Positions 30,420 to 39,630 of a DNA stretch of 64,000 nucleotides are shown here, piece after piece. The DNA lies in contig JAJRWI010000007.1 in NCBI GenBank assembly GCA_024276825.1, positions 17,346 through 81,345 on the forward strand. Reading direction: 5' to 3'. Position numbers and translations under genes: made by a program. Position 1 is the stretch's first letter, and each line of letters opens with the position of its first letter. The notes beneath the pieces were generated by a model, which was not told the origin of the DNA, did not search any database, and saw nothing but the letters and a program-made list of their open reading frames with translations. This DNA is from an archaeon. Lineage in GTDB: Archaea > Asgardarchaeota > Thorarchaeia > Thorarchaeales > Thorarchaeaceae.

Positions 30420-30932
30420 TTGAACGAGTTCACCATATTGATGAAACTTCTCACAAGAACGGGCGACCCCATTGGGTCATCAATGGAGGACATGCTGGAA
30501 GCATTGGATGTGCCCGAGGACGTGGGACCCCAGTATGTATATTCTCTATTGAAGGGCCTACATCTTAAGCTCAAGGAGATAGGGCTCACAATTCAATTTA
30601 ATCCATTAAGTCAGGTTTACTATATCGACACTGTTACTAGCTTCGAAGCAATTCCTGACGAGTCGGGTCTGGCTGATAGATTGGCAGCAACGTTGTTGAT
30701 TATCATCACATTGGCCTTTCAAGAGGGGGGGTGGGTTTCATTGGGAAGAATCAAGGAGTTTAGAAGAAAGAGTTTGGCTGGAATTCGTGCTGATATTAGA
30801 GATCTTGAGAGTCTGGGCTATGTTGAGTTTGACAGGATTAATGAGCAGGTCAGGCCTGGGACAAGGATCCCATTTGAAATAGACTATGAAGAGTTCTTTA
30901 GAAGGCTCTCAGATTTCAAAGAAGATTCATGA
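30420..30932 (+). CDS. Kite (tandem winged-helix; ScpB/Nse1/Nse3-like) subunit
   Basis: 170 aa with two WH-like halves (LKLKEIGLTIQF...YYI; IRDLESLGYV...RPGTRIPFE); TTG start after GAGGAG; follows the SMC and kleisin genes. Confidence 0.68.
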   Translation: MNEFTILMKLLTRTGDPIGSSMEDMLEALDVPEDVGPQYVYSLLKGLHLKLKEIGLTIQFNPLSQVYYIDTVTSFEAIPDESGLADRLAATLLIIITLAFQEGGWVSLGRIKEFRRKSLAGIRADIRDLESLGYVEFDRINEQVRPGTRIPFEIDYEEFFRRLSDFKEDS

Positions 30933-30987
30933 AACAATGATAAATTTGTCATGCTTTTCATTCCTCTGTCAATAGTTTTATCAACCC

Positions 30988-31374
30988 ATGTCATCCTTCA
31001 GAAATCGAACAGATATGTCACACCGCAGAGCACTTAGATTCTCAAAGACAACCTGCCCCTACTGTGGGGGACGAGAGGTTGCTCGCGATGACCTAAAAGG
31101 TGACCTTATCTGTACAACGTGCGGTGAAGTTGTTTCGCGAAGAGAAACCCGTGCGGTTGGAAAATTCGATGTTGCCCAGACTCTGAAGAGAAATGGTAAG
31201 ATGGACTTTAGAACCTTAAGAGAAGCAACTGGTGCTTCCGATGACAAGTTGTTTGCAGTCCTACAGAGCATGATTCAGATGGGGCTGTTACAGGAGATTG
31301 GAGGCGTTTACTCTCTCACTAAGAGGGGGCAACGTTGGTATCGTCAGCGATTAGGTCAAGAATGGGGATATTGA
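30988..31374 (+). CDS. TFIIB-type zinc ribbon fused to winged-helix domain
   Basis: CPYCGG...GDLICTTCGEV; C-terminal LQSMIQMGLL...YSLTKRG. Confidence 0.78.
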   Translation: MSSFRNRTDMSHRRALRFSKTTCPYCGGREVARDDLKGDLICTTCGEVVSRRETRAVGKFDVAQTLKRNGKMDFRTLREATGASDDKLFAVLQSMIQMGLLQEIGGVYSLTKRGQRWYRQRLGQEWGY

Positions 31375-31395
31375 GATGCAAATGATGCATCTCGA
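31371..31395 (+). terminator. Hairpin at the stop of the zinc-ribbon gene (possible terminator)
   Basis: GAGATGCA-AATGA-TGCATCTC, a perfect 8-bp stem. Confidence 0.35.
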
Positions 31396-31497
31396 GCTAA
31401 ACAGTGGATACTGCTAATGCCGCCATAACCATTGATTGTTTTTGCCTCATTTTCCGCTAACTATTACTTTATTAAAAAAGAAATGCATTTTAAATTG

Positions 31498-31614
31498 GAG
31501 TCCGACTTGGGAGCTAACACATATCTCCCCTCCAGTCATTTGAGACATCCTCAATGACAGGGAATAACCACGCGAATTTACCTACTTTCTTCATTTTACT
31601 CCCAAGTTGGGCTC
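31498..31614 (+). ncRNA. Candidate structured non-coding RNA / fold-back element, family unknown
   Basis: 16-bp terminal stem 31498-31513 with 31599-31614; both non-Watson-Crick positions are G.U on the + strand. Inner hairpin GTCAT-T-TGAG/CTCA-ATGAC, upstream TTTATTAA at 31468, T-rich trailer. Confidence 0.4.
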
Positions 31615-31683
31615 AACCTTTCATATTTTCTCTCGTCATTCAAAGATCAGGCATCAATGATATTTGTGATTGGTGATTACGAT

Positions 31684-31711
31684 AAGAAAAGAGGGGGCTC
31701 ACGTTGAGCCC
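31684..31711 (-). terminator. Hairpin plus U-tract downstream of the 962-aa gene
   Basis: GGGCTCA-CGT-TGAGCCC, followed on the minus strand by CTCTTTTCTT. Confidence 0.55.
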
Positions 31712-31730
31712 ATATTTTGAATTTTTTAGC

Positions 31731-34619
31731 CTATAGAACGTATGACCATATATAATGTACGACCGATTCAGCAGCATCGGGAAAAATCTCGATGCAGATG
31801 ACATCGGTTTCGGCAGTAATTGTTACATTGAACCAGTAATCAGTTGGTGAATAGGAGAAGTCTACCCAAGAAGATCCAGTCCAAACATGGCCAAAGACCG
31901 ATTCTGTAGTATTGAAGAACAGAGAGTAGTTCTGACCAATGACCACTGTCGAGTTGATGAATACACTAACACCATGTGTTATTGTGTATGGAAGACTGAC
32001 TCCAAAATACTCGGTTGTGTCAATCGTGTGCCATAGTGGGTTACTAGGACTATCGCCAGAGATCGGTTGATGACTAAGAGAGATGTTTCCTGTACCATCT
32101 CCAATGTAGACCACACGAATGATATATTGCTGTTCTGGGTTGTATTCAGGTTCACCTTCAATAGGAATCTCGAGATATCTGGGCCATTCATTAAGCAAAT
32201 ACACCCCCTGAGTAGTCAATAGAGGGGTTGGATTTCCCGGGTGATATAACTCCATGAACCAGTCTGCAGAGCCTATATAGTCAGAGCCCACATTCATTTC
32301 AAACAGATATCTGTGGGTGTTATCGACTGTGCAGTTGTAATAATGCGAGTCACTATCCCATTCATTACTGTCCAATGGCTTCACTTCATCCACATTAATC
32401 TCTTCGGGAGTTTCGAAAGAAGTGCCATTCTTTGGAGTATAAGTGAGGGTCACTGTACCACGACAATATGTATAGGGATTTCCTTGAGTAAAGACAAGTG
32501 TATAGTCGCCTACCAACCAAATGGGGTCCCACATTATTTCTGGGAAGTCGTCACATGTTTCTGATATTTGGGTGACTATTGATCCATTATGAATTAGAGT
32601 GAAATTGATCCACCCACCTGGATAACTCTCAGTCATATTGAAGGCTATGCAAGGCGTTGAGAGTGTGTCAGAATAGTTCAGCCTGAACCAGTAGCTCCAT
32701 GGAAAATCAAAAGGATCTGTAATGTTATTGAATAAGGGCGGAAACTGTATCTCTTCAGGCTCGTTCTCATTGAGAACCTTGGGATTTGTCTGAGAAGGTA
32801 TCTCAAGGGGTGTGATAGTCATGTTGATCTTTTCAGTACCATTCGCCTTGACGAGAGTCTTAATTATCAAGATGTAGTCAAGTTTCTTGTCGTGATTTTT
32901 AGGATTAACAGGCCAAGGTGAAACAGTATCAATAATTGAGAAGGGAGTATTGAAAGCCTGCTTTCTCGAGCCGTCTTTGTATACATAAACAATCGTGATC
33001 TTCCAATGATTTCCAGGTTTCACTCCAAAATTTATGGAGAAGGGTTTTGTTCCGTTTATCTTGACCTTTTCAAGACCACTGCCCTCTGGCACCACACCAA
33101 TCGAGTCACTGACCGTGTTGTTTGTATACGTGAGGTTGGCATGCGCTGTGCGTTCAGGTACACCGTTGTTTGTGATTGCGTCAGTCAAGAGCCAAGCATA
33201 GTAGTCTGCAATTATGCGTTCCCAAGACATCTCAAGAACCTTGGCAATGGCATCACGGGGATCAACATCTTTTGAGTTGTTTGCAAAGTTGTCTATGGAA
33301 CTATTGAATATTTTCAATATGTTTTCAAGACCATAGCGTTCTCTGAGAAACTTGCTGAAGAGGTATGATCCGATATAATCATCATAGTAGCCGCCCCAAC
33401 CTTTGAAGAGCGATCGGTTGATGTCTTTGTAATGTGTGTACCAGTTGTGATCCTCAACCCGTTTGAACTCGTCCTGAATCTCCTTGTTCGTCAGATTGAA
33501 GTTGGCCTTTGTAGACTCAATGCCCCAGTAGGTGGCCTGACCCTCAATCCAGAACTTATTCTTTGTTGGACAGTGATCAGCATAGTCAGAGCCTTGCTTA
33601 AAGGTCTGATATTGAAACAAATGCATAAGTTCGTGTTCGCAGACATACTTTAGATCTATGTCTGACTTCATCTTTCCAAGGTCAATCCAGATGATACCTT
33701 TATGGGATGCAGCACCAACAGTTTCACTGGTGTCACCTTTCTTGATGATTATTGCAAACTTGTTGTTTTTCCAGGTCTTGGGCCCCATCTTGAAGCCGTT
33801 CTTCAGGTAGAAGTTAAGTGAATATTTGATATGCTTTGTAACATTCTTCACAACATCAGCAGAGACTCCACTTCCCTTGATTATCTTGAAGGTCTCGTTA
33901 CTATGAAGAGCAGTCTTATCAATAATGCCCTCATCAATTACATCTTGGTTAAGACCGTTCTGAATCTCAATGATATATCCAGAGTCGGTGTAAACAGGAT
34001 AGATGTTCGGCATGCTGGGAGTTGGAACTGAATTCATCCACTCATTCGAACTGTCAGAGTCATTTCCAAACAACGATATCGAACCAGTATTGCAAGCGAT
34101 CCCATCATCATTCTCTGACCAATCACTATATATTACCTGAGAATTGCCTTCAGAATATCTCATAAAATCGATGACATTTCCTGTTGAGTCAAAGAGACCT
34201 ATCTCATCTCCCTCTGGATCAAGCAAGTTCTCGGATAGTCCAAGATGCAATGCAACAGTCCCGTCAGATGCATTAGTATCATCAGTCCCAGTTCCAGAAT
34301 ATATTGCGATATAGACTTCAGCCCGTAGGCCCGAAACAGTAGGAATCTTGATCAGACCCTCGCCATCGAAGGTGGTAAAGTACCAATTTTCAATGGTGTC
34401 ACTCCGAAATGAAACAGGAATATAGATTTCAAAGAACTCGGTCGAGTCAGATTCATTACAATATATCTCACTAATCCAGACAGTACCCTTCACCTTAGAG
34501 GGAGAATCAGAGGGGAAGGGAGTAGGGGAAGGATTGTAACCAACCATCATAAAGACTGCAGTAGTGCCAGCAATCAGAATGATAGCAATAATAAGCAAGG
34601 AGAGTTTTTTTGATGGCAC
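31731..34619 (-). CDS. Secreted/membrane-anchored protein: lamin-tail-like domain, zinc metallopeptidase (HExxH...E) and C-terminal beta-rich domains
   Basis: N-terminal TM; WISEIY...EFFEIY...DEIGLFD...VID...PTPS (LTD-like); HELMH and WIEGQA. Confidence 0.72.
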   Translation of the reverse strand: MPSKKLSLLIIAIILIAGTTAVFMMVGYNPSPTPFPSDSPSKVKGTVWISEIYCNESDSTEFFEIYIPVSFRSDTIENWYFTTFDGEGLIKIPTVSGLRAEVYIAIYSGTGTDDTNASDGTVALHLGLSENLLDPEGDEIGLFDSTGNVIDFMRYSEGNSQVIYSDWSENDDGIACNTGSISLFGNDSDSSNEWMNSVPTPSMPNIYPVYTDSGYIIEIQNGLNQDVIDEGIIDKTALHSNETFKIIKGSGVSADVVKNVTKHIKYSLNFYLKNGFKMGPKTWKNNKFAIIIKKGDTSETVGAASHKGIIWIDLGKMKSDIDLKYVCEHELMHLFQYQTFKQGSDYADHCPTKNKFWIEGQATYWGIESTKANFNLTNKEIQDEFKRVEDHNWYTHYKDINRSLFKGWGGYYDDYIGSYLFSKFLRERYGLENILKIFNSSIDNFANNSKDVDPRDAIAKVLEMSWERIIADYYAWLLTDAITNNGVPERTAHANLTYTNNTVSDSIGVVPEGSGLEKVKINGTKPFSINFGVKPGNHWKITIVYVYKDGSRKQAFNTPFSIIDTVSPWPVNPKNHDKKLDYILIIKTLVKANGTEKINMTITPLEIPSQTNPKVLNENEPEEIQFPPLFNNITDPFDFPWSYWFRLNYSDTLSTPCIAFNMTESYPGGWINFTLIHNGSIVTQISETCDDFPEIMWDPIWLVGDYTLVFTQGNPYTYCRGTVTLTYTPKNGTSFETPEEINVDEVKPLDSNEWDSDSHYYNCTVDNTHRYLFEMNVGSDYIGSADWFMELYHPGNPTPLLTTQGVYLLNEWPRYLEIPIEGEPEYNPEQQYIIRVVYIGDGTGNISLSHQPISGDSPSNPLWHTIDTTEYFGVSLPYTITHGVSVFINSTVVIGQNYSLFFNTTESVFGHVWTGSSWVDFSYSPTDYWFNVTITAETDVICIEIFPDAAESVVHYIWSYVL

Positions 34620-34708
34620 GGATATTCACTTCAAATATAATCAATAATCTGCACGCAATGATTCGAGTATTTATCAGTTGTCTAGATATAGAATATCAAT
34701 AAAAATGC

Positions 34709-34742
34709 AAAAAAAGAAGGATAGAGGTGGCAAATGCCACCT
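34709..34742 (-). terminator. Hairpin plus U-tract terminator of hppA
   Basis: AGGTGGCA-AA-TGCCACCT 9 nt past the stop, then a T7 run on the minus strand. Confidence 0.6.
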
Positions 34743-34751
34743 TTTGAGTTA

Positions 34752-37127
34752 TTAGATTGACACTTCAACCTGTTCTGTTGATGTGCCAAAGTCAGCTGGC
34801 TTTGTGCTCTTTCTGATTGACCAGACAAGCATCAGGAACAGGACCAATATTGCAACTATCAGGGCAATGTTGACCTCCAATGACATTCCGAACTTGAACT
34901 GCACAATCAGTGGCACAAGTATCAGGCTGATCAGGTTCACAACCTTGATCATTGGGTTCAGAGCAGGTCCTGCAGTGTCCTTGAGTGGATCACCCACAGT
35001 ATCACCAACAACACCGCACTTATGTCGCTCAGAGCCCTTGCCCCGATTGTTTTCTGGATCACTAGGCTCGTCCTCTATTGACTTCTTTGCATTGTCCCAC
35101 GCACCACCTGCATTGGACATGAATACTGCAAGAAGTTGGCCAGAAACAATGATTCCACCTAGGAATCCACCCAATGCGGCCTCTTGAAACAGAAGTCCCA
35201 CTAACAGAGGCATAGCAATCGCGAGTGTTGCTAGAGATATAAGTTCCTTCTGTGCTGCTGCAGTTGATATCGCTACTGCCCGTCCATAATCTGGGGGCAC
35301 AGTGCCTTCAAGCACACCAGGAATCTTGAACTGTCTTCGTACTTCCATGACCATCTCTCCAGCAGCACGTGTGACTGCCTTAATGTTGAATGCTGAGAAT
35401 AGCCAGGGTAGTGCTGCACCTAATAGGACTCCAGAAAAGACGAGTGGATTGTCAAGGCGTATGCCTTCTGACAGACCTGCAACGACAACATAGCTGTCGA
35501 ATAGACTGACTGCTGCAATGACAGCAGAAGCAATAGCAACACCCTTGGTGATTGCCTTGGTTGTGTTGCCTACTGCATCAAGTTCAGCCATAGTCTTCAT
35601 GGCCTCTTCATCAAAATCGCCAGGTGAGAGTTCACCAATGCCAGCAGCATTATCGCTGATTGGACCATAAGAGTCCATTGCAACATTGTTACCAGTGTGT
35701 GAAAGCATTCCAATACCAATGAGTGCAATCCCGTATAGCACCCAGAGATAGCTATCACCACTGTGAACTGCGGCAACAAACCATGGGGCCATAGCAGCCG
35801 CCACAGAGGGCAGGAATATGACCCATGCAATACCAAATGTTGCCACAATGACAACAAGTGCTGCCACTGTTGATTCGAATCCAGCAACAAGGCCAGACAA
35901 GATGAAAGTCGCATGACCTGTATCGGCAGATTTCACAATCTCTTTCACAGGAGGCTTCTTCAATGAGGTAAAGTAGCTTGTGATAGGATTGAATGAAACC
36001 GCAAGCAATACGCCAACTGCAATCAGAATTCCGAATCGCAGGTCTCCCACATAGAACCATGACAATAGCATGGAGAGGGTAATGGTGAAAGCGCTTGATG
36101 CCTCATAAGATAGAAACATGGCCTTTTCAGCATATACTTCTCTTTTCTTCAGTATTCTTGGCCAGACAGGTACCATTATCGTCCCAATAATTGACGAGAT
36201 AACACCAACTGCTCTGATAAAGAGTGGAAATACAACAACCGCAAGTAGTCCACCAGGCAGCAGGGTTATGGGATGTTCAAGATAGAGGACAATTGCAAGA
36301 ATCAATGCAGACACGATTGTGACTTCATATGATTCGAAAATGTCGGCAGCCATTCCAGCACAATCACCAACATTGTCACCCACAAGGTCAGCAATGACAG
36401 CTGCATTACGTGGGTCATCTTCTGGAAGTCCGTGCTCCACTTTGCCAACAAGATCGGCCCCGACATCGGCAGCCTTTGTATAGATACCGCCACCGACTCT
36501 CATGAATAGTGCCAGTAGAGTTCCACCAAGGCCAAAGCCGAGTAATGCATCAGGAGCTGCGATACCATAAATGATGAAGATCACAGTTCCGCCCATGAGG
36601 CCAAGTCCATCAGTCAGCATACCAGTGAAAGTGCCACCGCGGTATGATATTGTCAATGCTCGGTTATACCTGTCATCACCCTCACGTGTGGCCTGTGCAA
36701 CTCTGATGTTGGACTCAACTGCAATTCGCATGCCGAGCTGACCAACAGCAAGAGAAAAGCTTGCACCAAGAATGAAGGCCAATGAACGACCGATGCCAAC
36801 AAGTACCCTGCCTTGCTCGAGATTTCCAGCAAACAGTACAGCAGTACCACGTTCAGGCTCGGTCACATAAATGGTGAAGAATAGAAGGAACGAGAGGACG
36901 ACAAGGATAGGTACAATTGTCTTTAACTGTTTATTCAGATAAGACAGTGCACCTTCCCTGATTCCATTCCAGACCTTCTGCATTTGCTCAGTCCCTTTGG
37001 GTTGTTCAAGAACACCCTTCCTGAGCCACCAAGCATATACGAGACTGACAATAGCCGCGACAATCACTATTATGATCATCACTTGCTCAATGAGCGTCAT
37101 GCCCAAGAATGTCTCGAATAGTTGCAT
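34752..37127 (-). CDS. hppA: Membrane-bound ion-translocating pyrophosphatase, predicted K+-independent H+-PPase
   Basis: GGGIYTKAADVGADLVGKVE, DNVGDCAG, DSYGPISDNA, GNTTKAITKG, GDTVGDPLKD. Confidence 0.96.
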   Translation of the reverse strand: MQLFETFLGMTLIEQVMIIIVIVAAIVSLVYAWWLRKGVLEQPKGTEQMQKVWNGIREGALSYLNKQLKTIVPILVVLSFLLFFTIYVTEPERGTAVLFAGNLEQGRVLVGIGRSLAFILGASFSLAVGQLGMRIAVESNIRVAQATREGDDRYNRALTISYRGGTFTGMLTDGLGLMGGTVIFIIYGIAAPDALLGFGLGGTLLALFMRVGGGIYTKAADVGADLVGKVEHGLPEDDPRNAAVIADLVGDNVGDCAGMAADIFESYEVTIVSALILAIVLYLEHPITLLPGGLLAVVVFPLFIRAVGVISSIIGTIMVPVWPRILKKREVYAEKAMFLSYEASSAFTITLSMLLSWFYVGDLRFGILIAVGVLLAVSFNPITSYFTSLKKPPVKEIVKSADTGHATFILSGLVAGFESTVAALVVIVATFGIAWVIFLPSVAAAMAPWFVAAVHSGDSYLWVLYGIALIGIGMLSHTGNNVAMDSYGPISDNAAGIGELSPGDFDEEAMKTMAELDAVGNTTKAITKGVAIASAVIAAVSLFDSYVVVAGLSEGIRLDNPLVFSGVLLGAALPWLFSAFNIKAVTRAAGEMVMEVRRQFKIPGVLEGTVPPDYGRAVAISTAAAQKELISLATLAIAMPLLVGLLFQEAALGGFLGGIIVSGQLLAVFMSNAGGAWDNAKKSIEDEPSDPENNRGKGSERHKCGVVGDTVGDPLKDTAGPALNPMIKVVNLISLILVPLIVQFKFGMSLEVNIALIVAILVLFLMLVWSIRKSTKPADFGTSTEQVEVSI

Positions 37128-37577
37128 AATCGTATCACCCTGTATTGAGTCTAGGTATGTCTGTGGTGAACCTAGAATTCAGTGCTTTCTGGAGTCTGGG
37201 CAAAAATTATCACTCTTAAGGCTTGCCCATTGTCAAATATTAGATAAAAGATAATAATTTCAGTGGTCATTGCACATGACAATGCAGAGAGTCAATTTTG
37301 CTGATTTAAGAAGCATTACTGATATTTATGAGCTGAGTCTGCTTTTAGATATGTAAATTAGTCTACGGTATTTCCCATCATGAAAGAATGGTCTTTTTCA
37401 ATTCGAATTTCTAAACATGGTAATATTCAAAGACTTGGAGCAGTATATGCACACATCCACGTAATACATTAACACGGCAGATAATTGAATGGTTTACGGA
37501 CAAAGGCAGAGTGCGCCTCTGATAGTGATAATAATTGTAGTTGATATTGTGAATATATTGCTTGCAAGTCATATAAG

Positions 37578-37655
37578 TGGTGGACCGGGCGAGATTCGAA
37601 CTCGCGACCTTCTGGATGCAAGCCAGACGATCTAACCGGACTGATCTACCGGCCC
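37578..37655 (-). tRNA. tRNA-Ala(UGC), intronless, CCA encoded
   Basis: Reverse complement is GGGCCGG...TCTGG-CTTGCAT-CCAGA...GTTCGAATC...CCGGTCC-A-CCA; G3:U70 alanine identity pair present. Confidence 0.97.
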
Positions 37656-37683
37656 ACGATGCGGGACTGATAATTTTGACCTT

Positions 37684-38292
37684 TTAGCCCTTACGCTTTC
37701 TGACTTTCTCTCGGGCAATATCAATCCAAAATGGAGCACCCCTCAGTCTTGAGACCTCTTCTTCTGACAGCTCCTCATATTGTACAATTGAGAAGTCATC
37801 GGGCACAATGCCACTCACTCCAGCAGGGTCCTCAATTATTAGGGTGAAAGTACGAATGCCCTCAATAGCCTTGTCGAGTTCTTCCATTAGATGCTCGCCA
37901 TGGTCCTTCTGTGCTTCAGTTTCTGCAAAGTCTGTGGCCATCTTTAGCACAGGTTTTATTCGATGAAGAACACCTTCTACATTTGAGATGTAACCCTCTG
38001 CAGAGGGACCAGGCTCAATGTCGATCCCAAACTCAGGAATCCTGATGGTTCCAGAACTGGAGCGAATCACACGAATATGAAGCTTGGAAGGTTCATCAAC
38101 AACAAGGGTCCATCTGCTTGGCCTCCTCATTTCAGTTGAGAAGATATCATTATGTCTGAAATGACATTTGGGACACTCCATGATGAAGAACGCAAGCTCG
38201 TTGAAGAAAGGAACGGAATACAACATTGATGTCACTTTAAGATCACTGCCATCACACATTGGGCATCTAATTGTGGGAGGCTCTTCTTGCAT
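37684..38292 (-). CDS. ZPR1 zinc-finger domain protein
   Basis: CPMC...VPFF...CPKCHFR; RIPE.GIDIEPG...GYISNVEG; FTLIIEDPAGVS. Confidence 0.92.
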   Translation of the reverse strand: MQEEPPTIRCPMCDGSDLKVTSMLYSVPFFNELAFFIMECPKCHFRHNDIFSTEMRRPSRWTLVVDEPSKLHIRVIRSSSGTIRIPEFGIDIEPGPSAEGYISNVEGVLHRIKPVLKMATDFAETEAQKDHGEHLMEELDKAIEGIRTFTLIIEDPAGVSGIVPDDFSIVQYEELSEEEVSRLRGAPFWIDIAREKVRKRKG

Positions 38293-38421
38293 GAGTCATC
38301 CAAAGAATTAATGCATATTACCTTATCCAAATGATTCAGGGAACTGTTTATCACACGTTTGTTTAAGAGAGGCTTGGTAAAAGATAGACAAGTAAAAACC
38401 AAACCATGAGGATATGGCCCC

Positions 38422-39618
38422 ATGAATGTGAAGAGCCTTTACATCATCAAGAGAGAAACGGGGGTCTGCGTGTATCATAAAGACTTTGGAGAGAAGCTGT
38501 TTGACCCCCACCTTCTATCATCATTTATAGTTGCCATAACCACTTTCTTTGACAAAGTCACAGGATCGGTCTATTCAAAAGCGAGAGCATTTGAGGGCAC
38601 AGATTACAAACTTATAGTCGAATTTGGAAATTGGACAGTAGGGGTACTATCGGTCTCGCACGAGTCGGCTGATGACAGGGCCCGATTAAAGAGGATCATT
38701 GAGAGATTTGAGGACCAGTTCAATCTGCTCCGTTGGGTCGACATGGACCTTGCAATTTATACACGGTTCGAGCAGGCAGTGATTGACGAGTTTATCAGAG
38801 ACCAGATTCATCCAGAAACCATCATTCATGTGCGAAGGGACTGGGAATATTACACAAAAAATCCGGATTTGATCTCGTTCCTGAGAATGGTTCCACTCAA
38901 ATGCACGGTCAAAGATGCTGCTGATTTTCTTGAGATGCCCGTGGAACTAATTATGAATCTAGTTGCTGAAGCGGTATGGGAGAATGCGGTGACCATCGTA
39001 CAACCTGTAAGGCCAGATGACATCTATCAGGCAACCTCGCTTGTCACCGGCAGTGTTGAACTTGATGTTTCAGATGAAACTGCTGAGGCCTTAACGCAGT
39101 TAGATGGCGAAACTCCCCTGTCAATTGCAGCTGAGAGAGTCCGCACAAAGGACCTTAGAAAGTTCCTTGAAGAGATCGCACTCTTAGCAAGAAGAAGGGC
39201 CATTGAGCAGATATCTCCAGCACAATCAATAGTAGTTCTGTATTCATTTGCACTTCAAATACTTCTCAATAAATGTGCAGACATCTTTGGCTTTAGAATC
39301 GCTAGAAAGATGTTTTATGAGGCAAGAGAACCTGTTGTGGTAGAACACTCTTGGATAGTCTTTGTTAGTCTTGAAGAAGGGGTTGATGTTGAGATAAAGC
39401 CATCATTGACCTCGGCCACAATGAGCGGAAAAATCGCACCAGAAGTTTTGGGTGACGGGTTTATCAATTTATGTGGAGAGATTGTTAGAAGGATAAGAGA
39501 GATAATAGGAGCGAGTCCGACAAGAAGGCTGATTTATCATGCCAAAGATGAGTTGGAAGACCACTTTCCAACAAGGGCTTACAGGGTAGAATGGGAACGA
39601 CTATTAATAGGGAATTGA
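38422..39618 (+). CDS. Longin-domain protein with winged-helix repeats (NPRL2-like architecture)
   Basis: N-terminal LYII...GVCVYH..F...DPHLLSSFIVAI longin pattern; HTH-like TVKDAADFLEMPVE and LDGETPLS. Confidence 0.65.
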   Translation: MNVKSLYIIKRETGVCVYHKDFGEKLFDPHLLSSFIVAITTFFDKVTGSVYSKARAFEGTDYKLIVEFGNWTVGVLSVSHESADDRARLKRIIERFEDQFNLLRWVDMDLAIYTRFEQAVIDEFIRDQIHPETIIHVRRDWEYYTKNPDLISFLRMVPLKCTVKDAADFLEMPVELIMNLVAEAVWENAVTIVQPVRPDDIYQATSLVTGSVELDVSDETAEALTQLDGETPLSIAAERVRTKDLRKFLEEIALLARRRAIEQISPAQSIVVLYSFALQILLNKCADIFGFRIARKMFYEAREPVVVEHSWIVFVSLEEGVDVEIKPSLTSATMSGKIAPEVLGDGFINLCGEIVRRIREIIGASPTRRLIYHAKDELEDHFPTRAYRVEWERLLIGN

Positions 39619-39630
39619 TATGGAGAGAGG

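Noticed and set aside
26405-30932. Wadjet (JetABCD)/MksBEFG or Rad50-Mre11 interpretation of the SMC locus
   Set aside because: No Toprim JetD or Mre11 nuclease nearby; gene order is SMC first; the protein has a globular hinge and no CxxC zinc hook.
31498-31614. 5S rRNA, tRNA or Y-RNA identity for the structured element
   Set aside because: The size is similar, but 5S conserved sequences and a cloverleaf are absent. The GUCCGA resemblance to Y RNA lacks the diagnostic bulged C.
37128-37655. tRNA-Ala as integration site of an island
   Set aside because: No integrase, and no duplicate of the tRNA 3' end noticed in the window; flanking genes are housekeeping.
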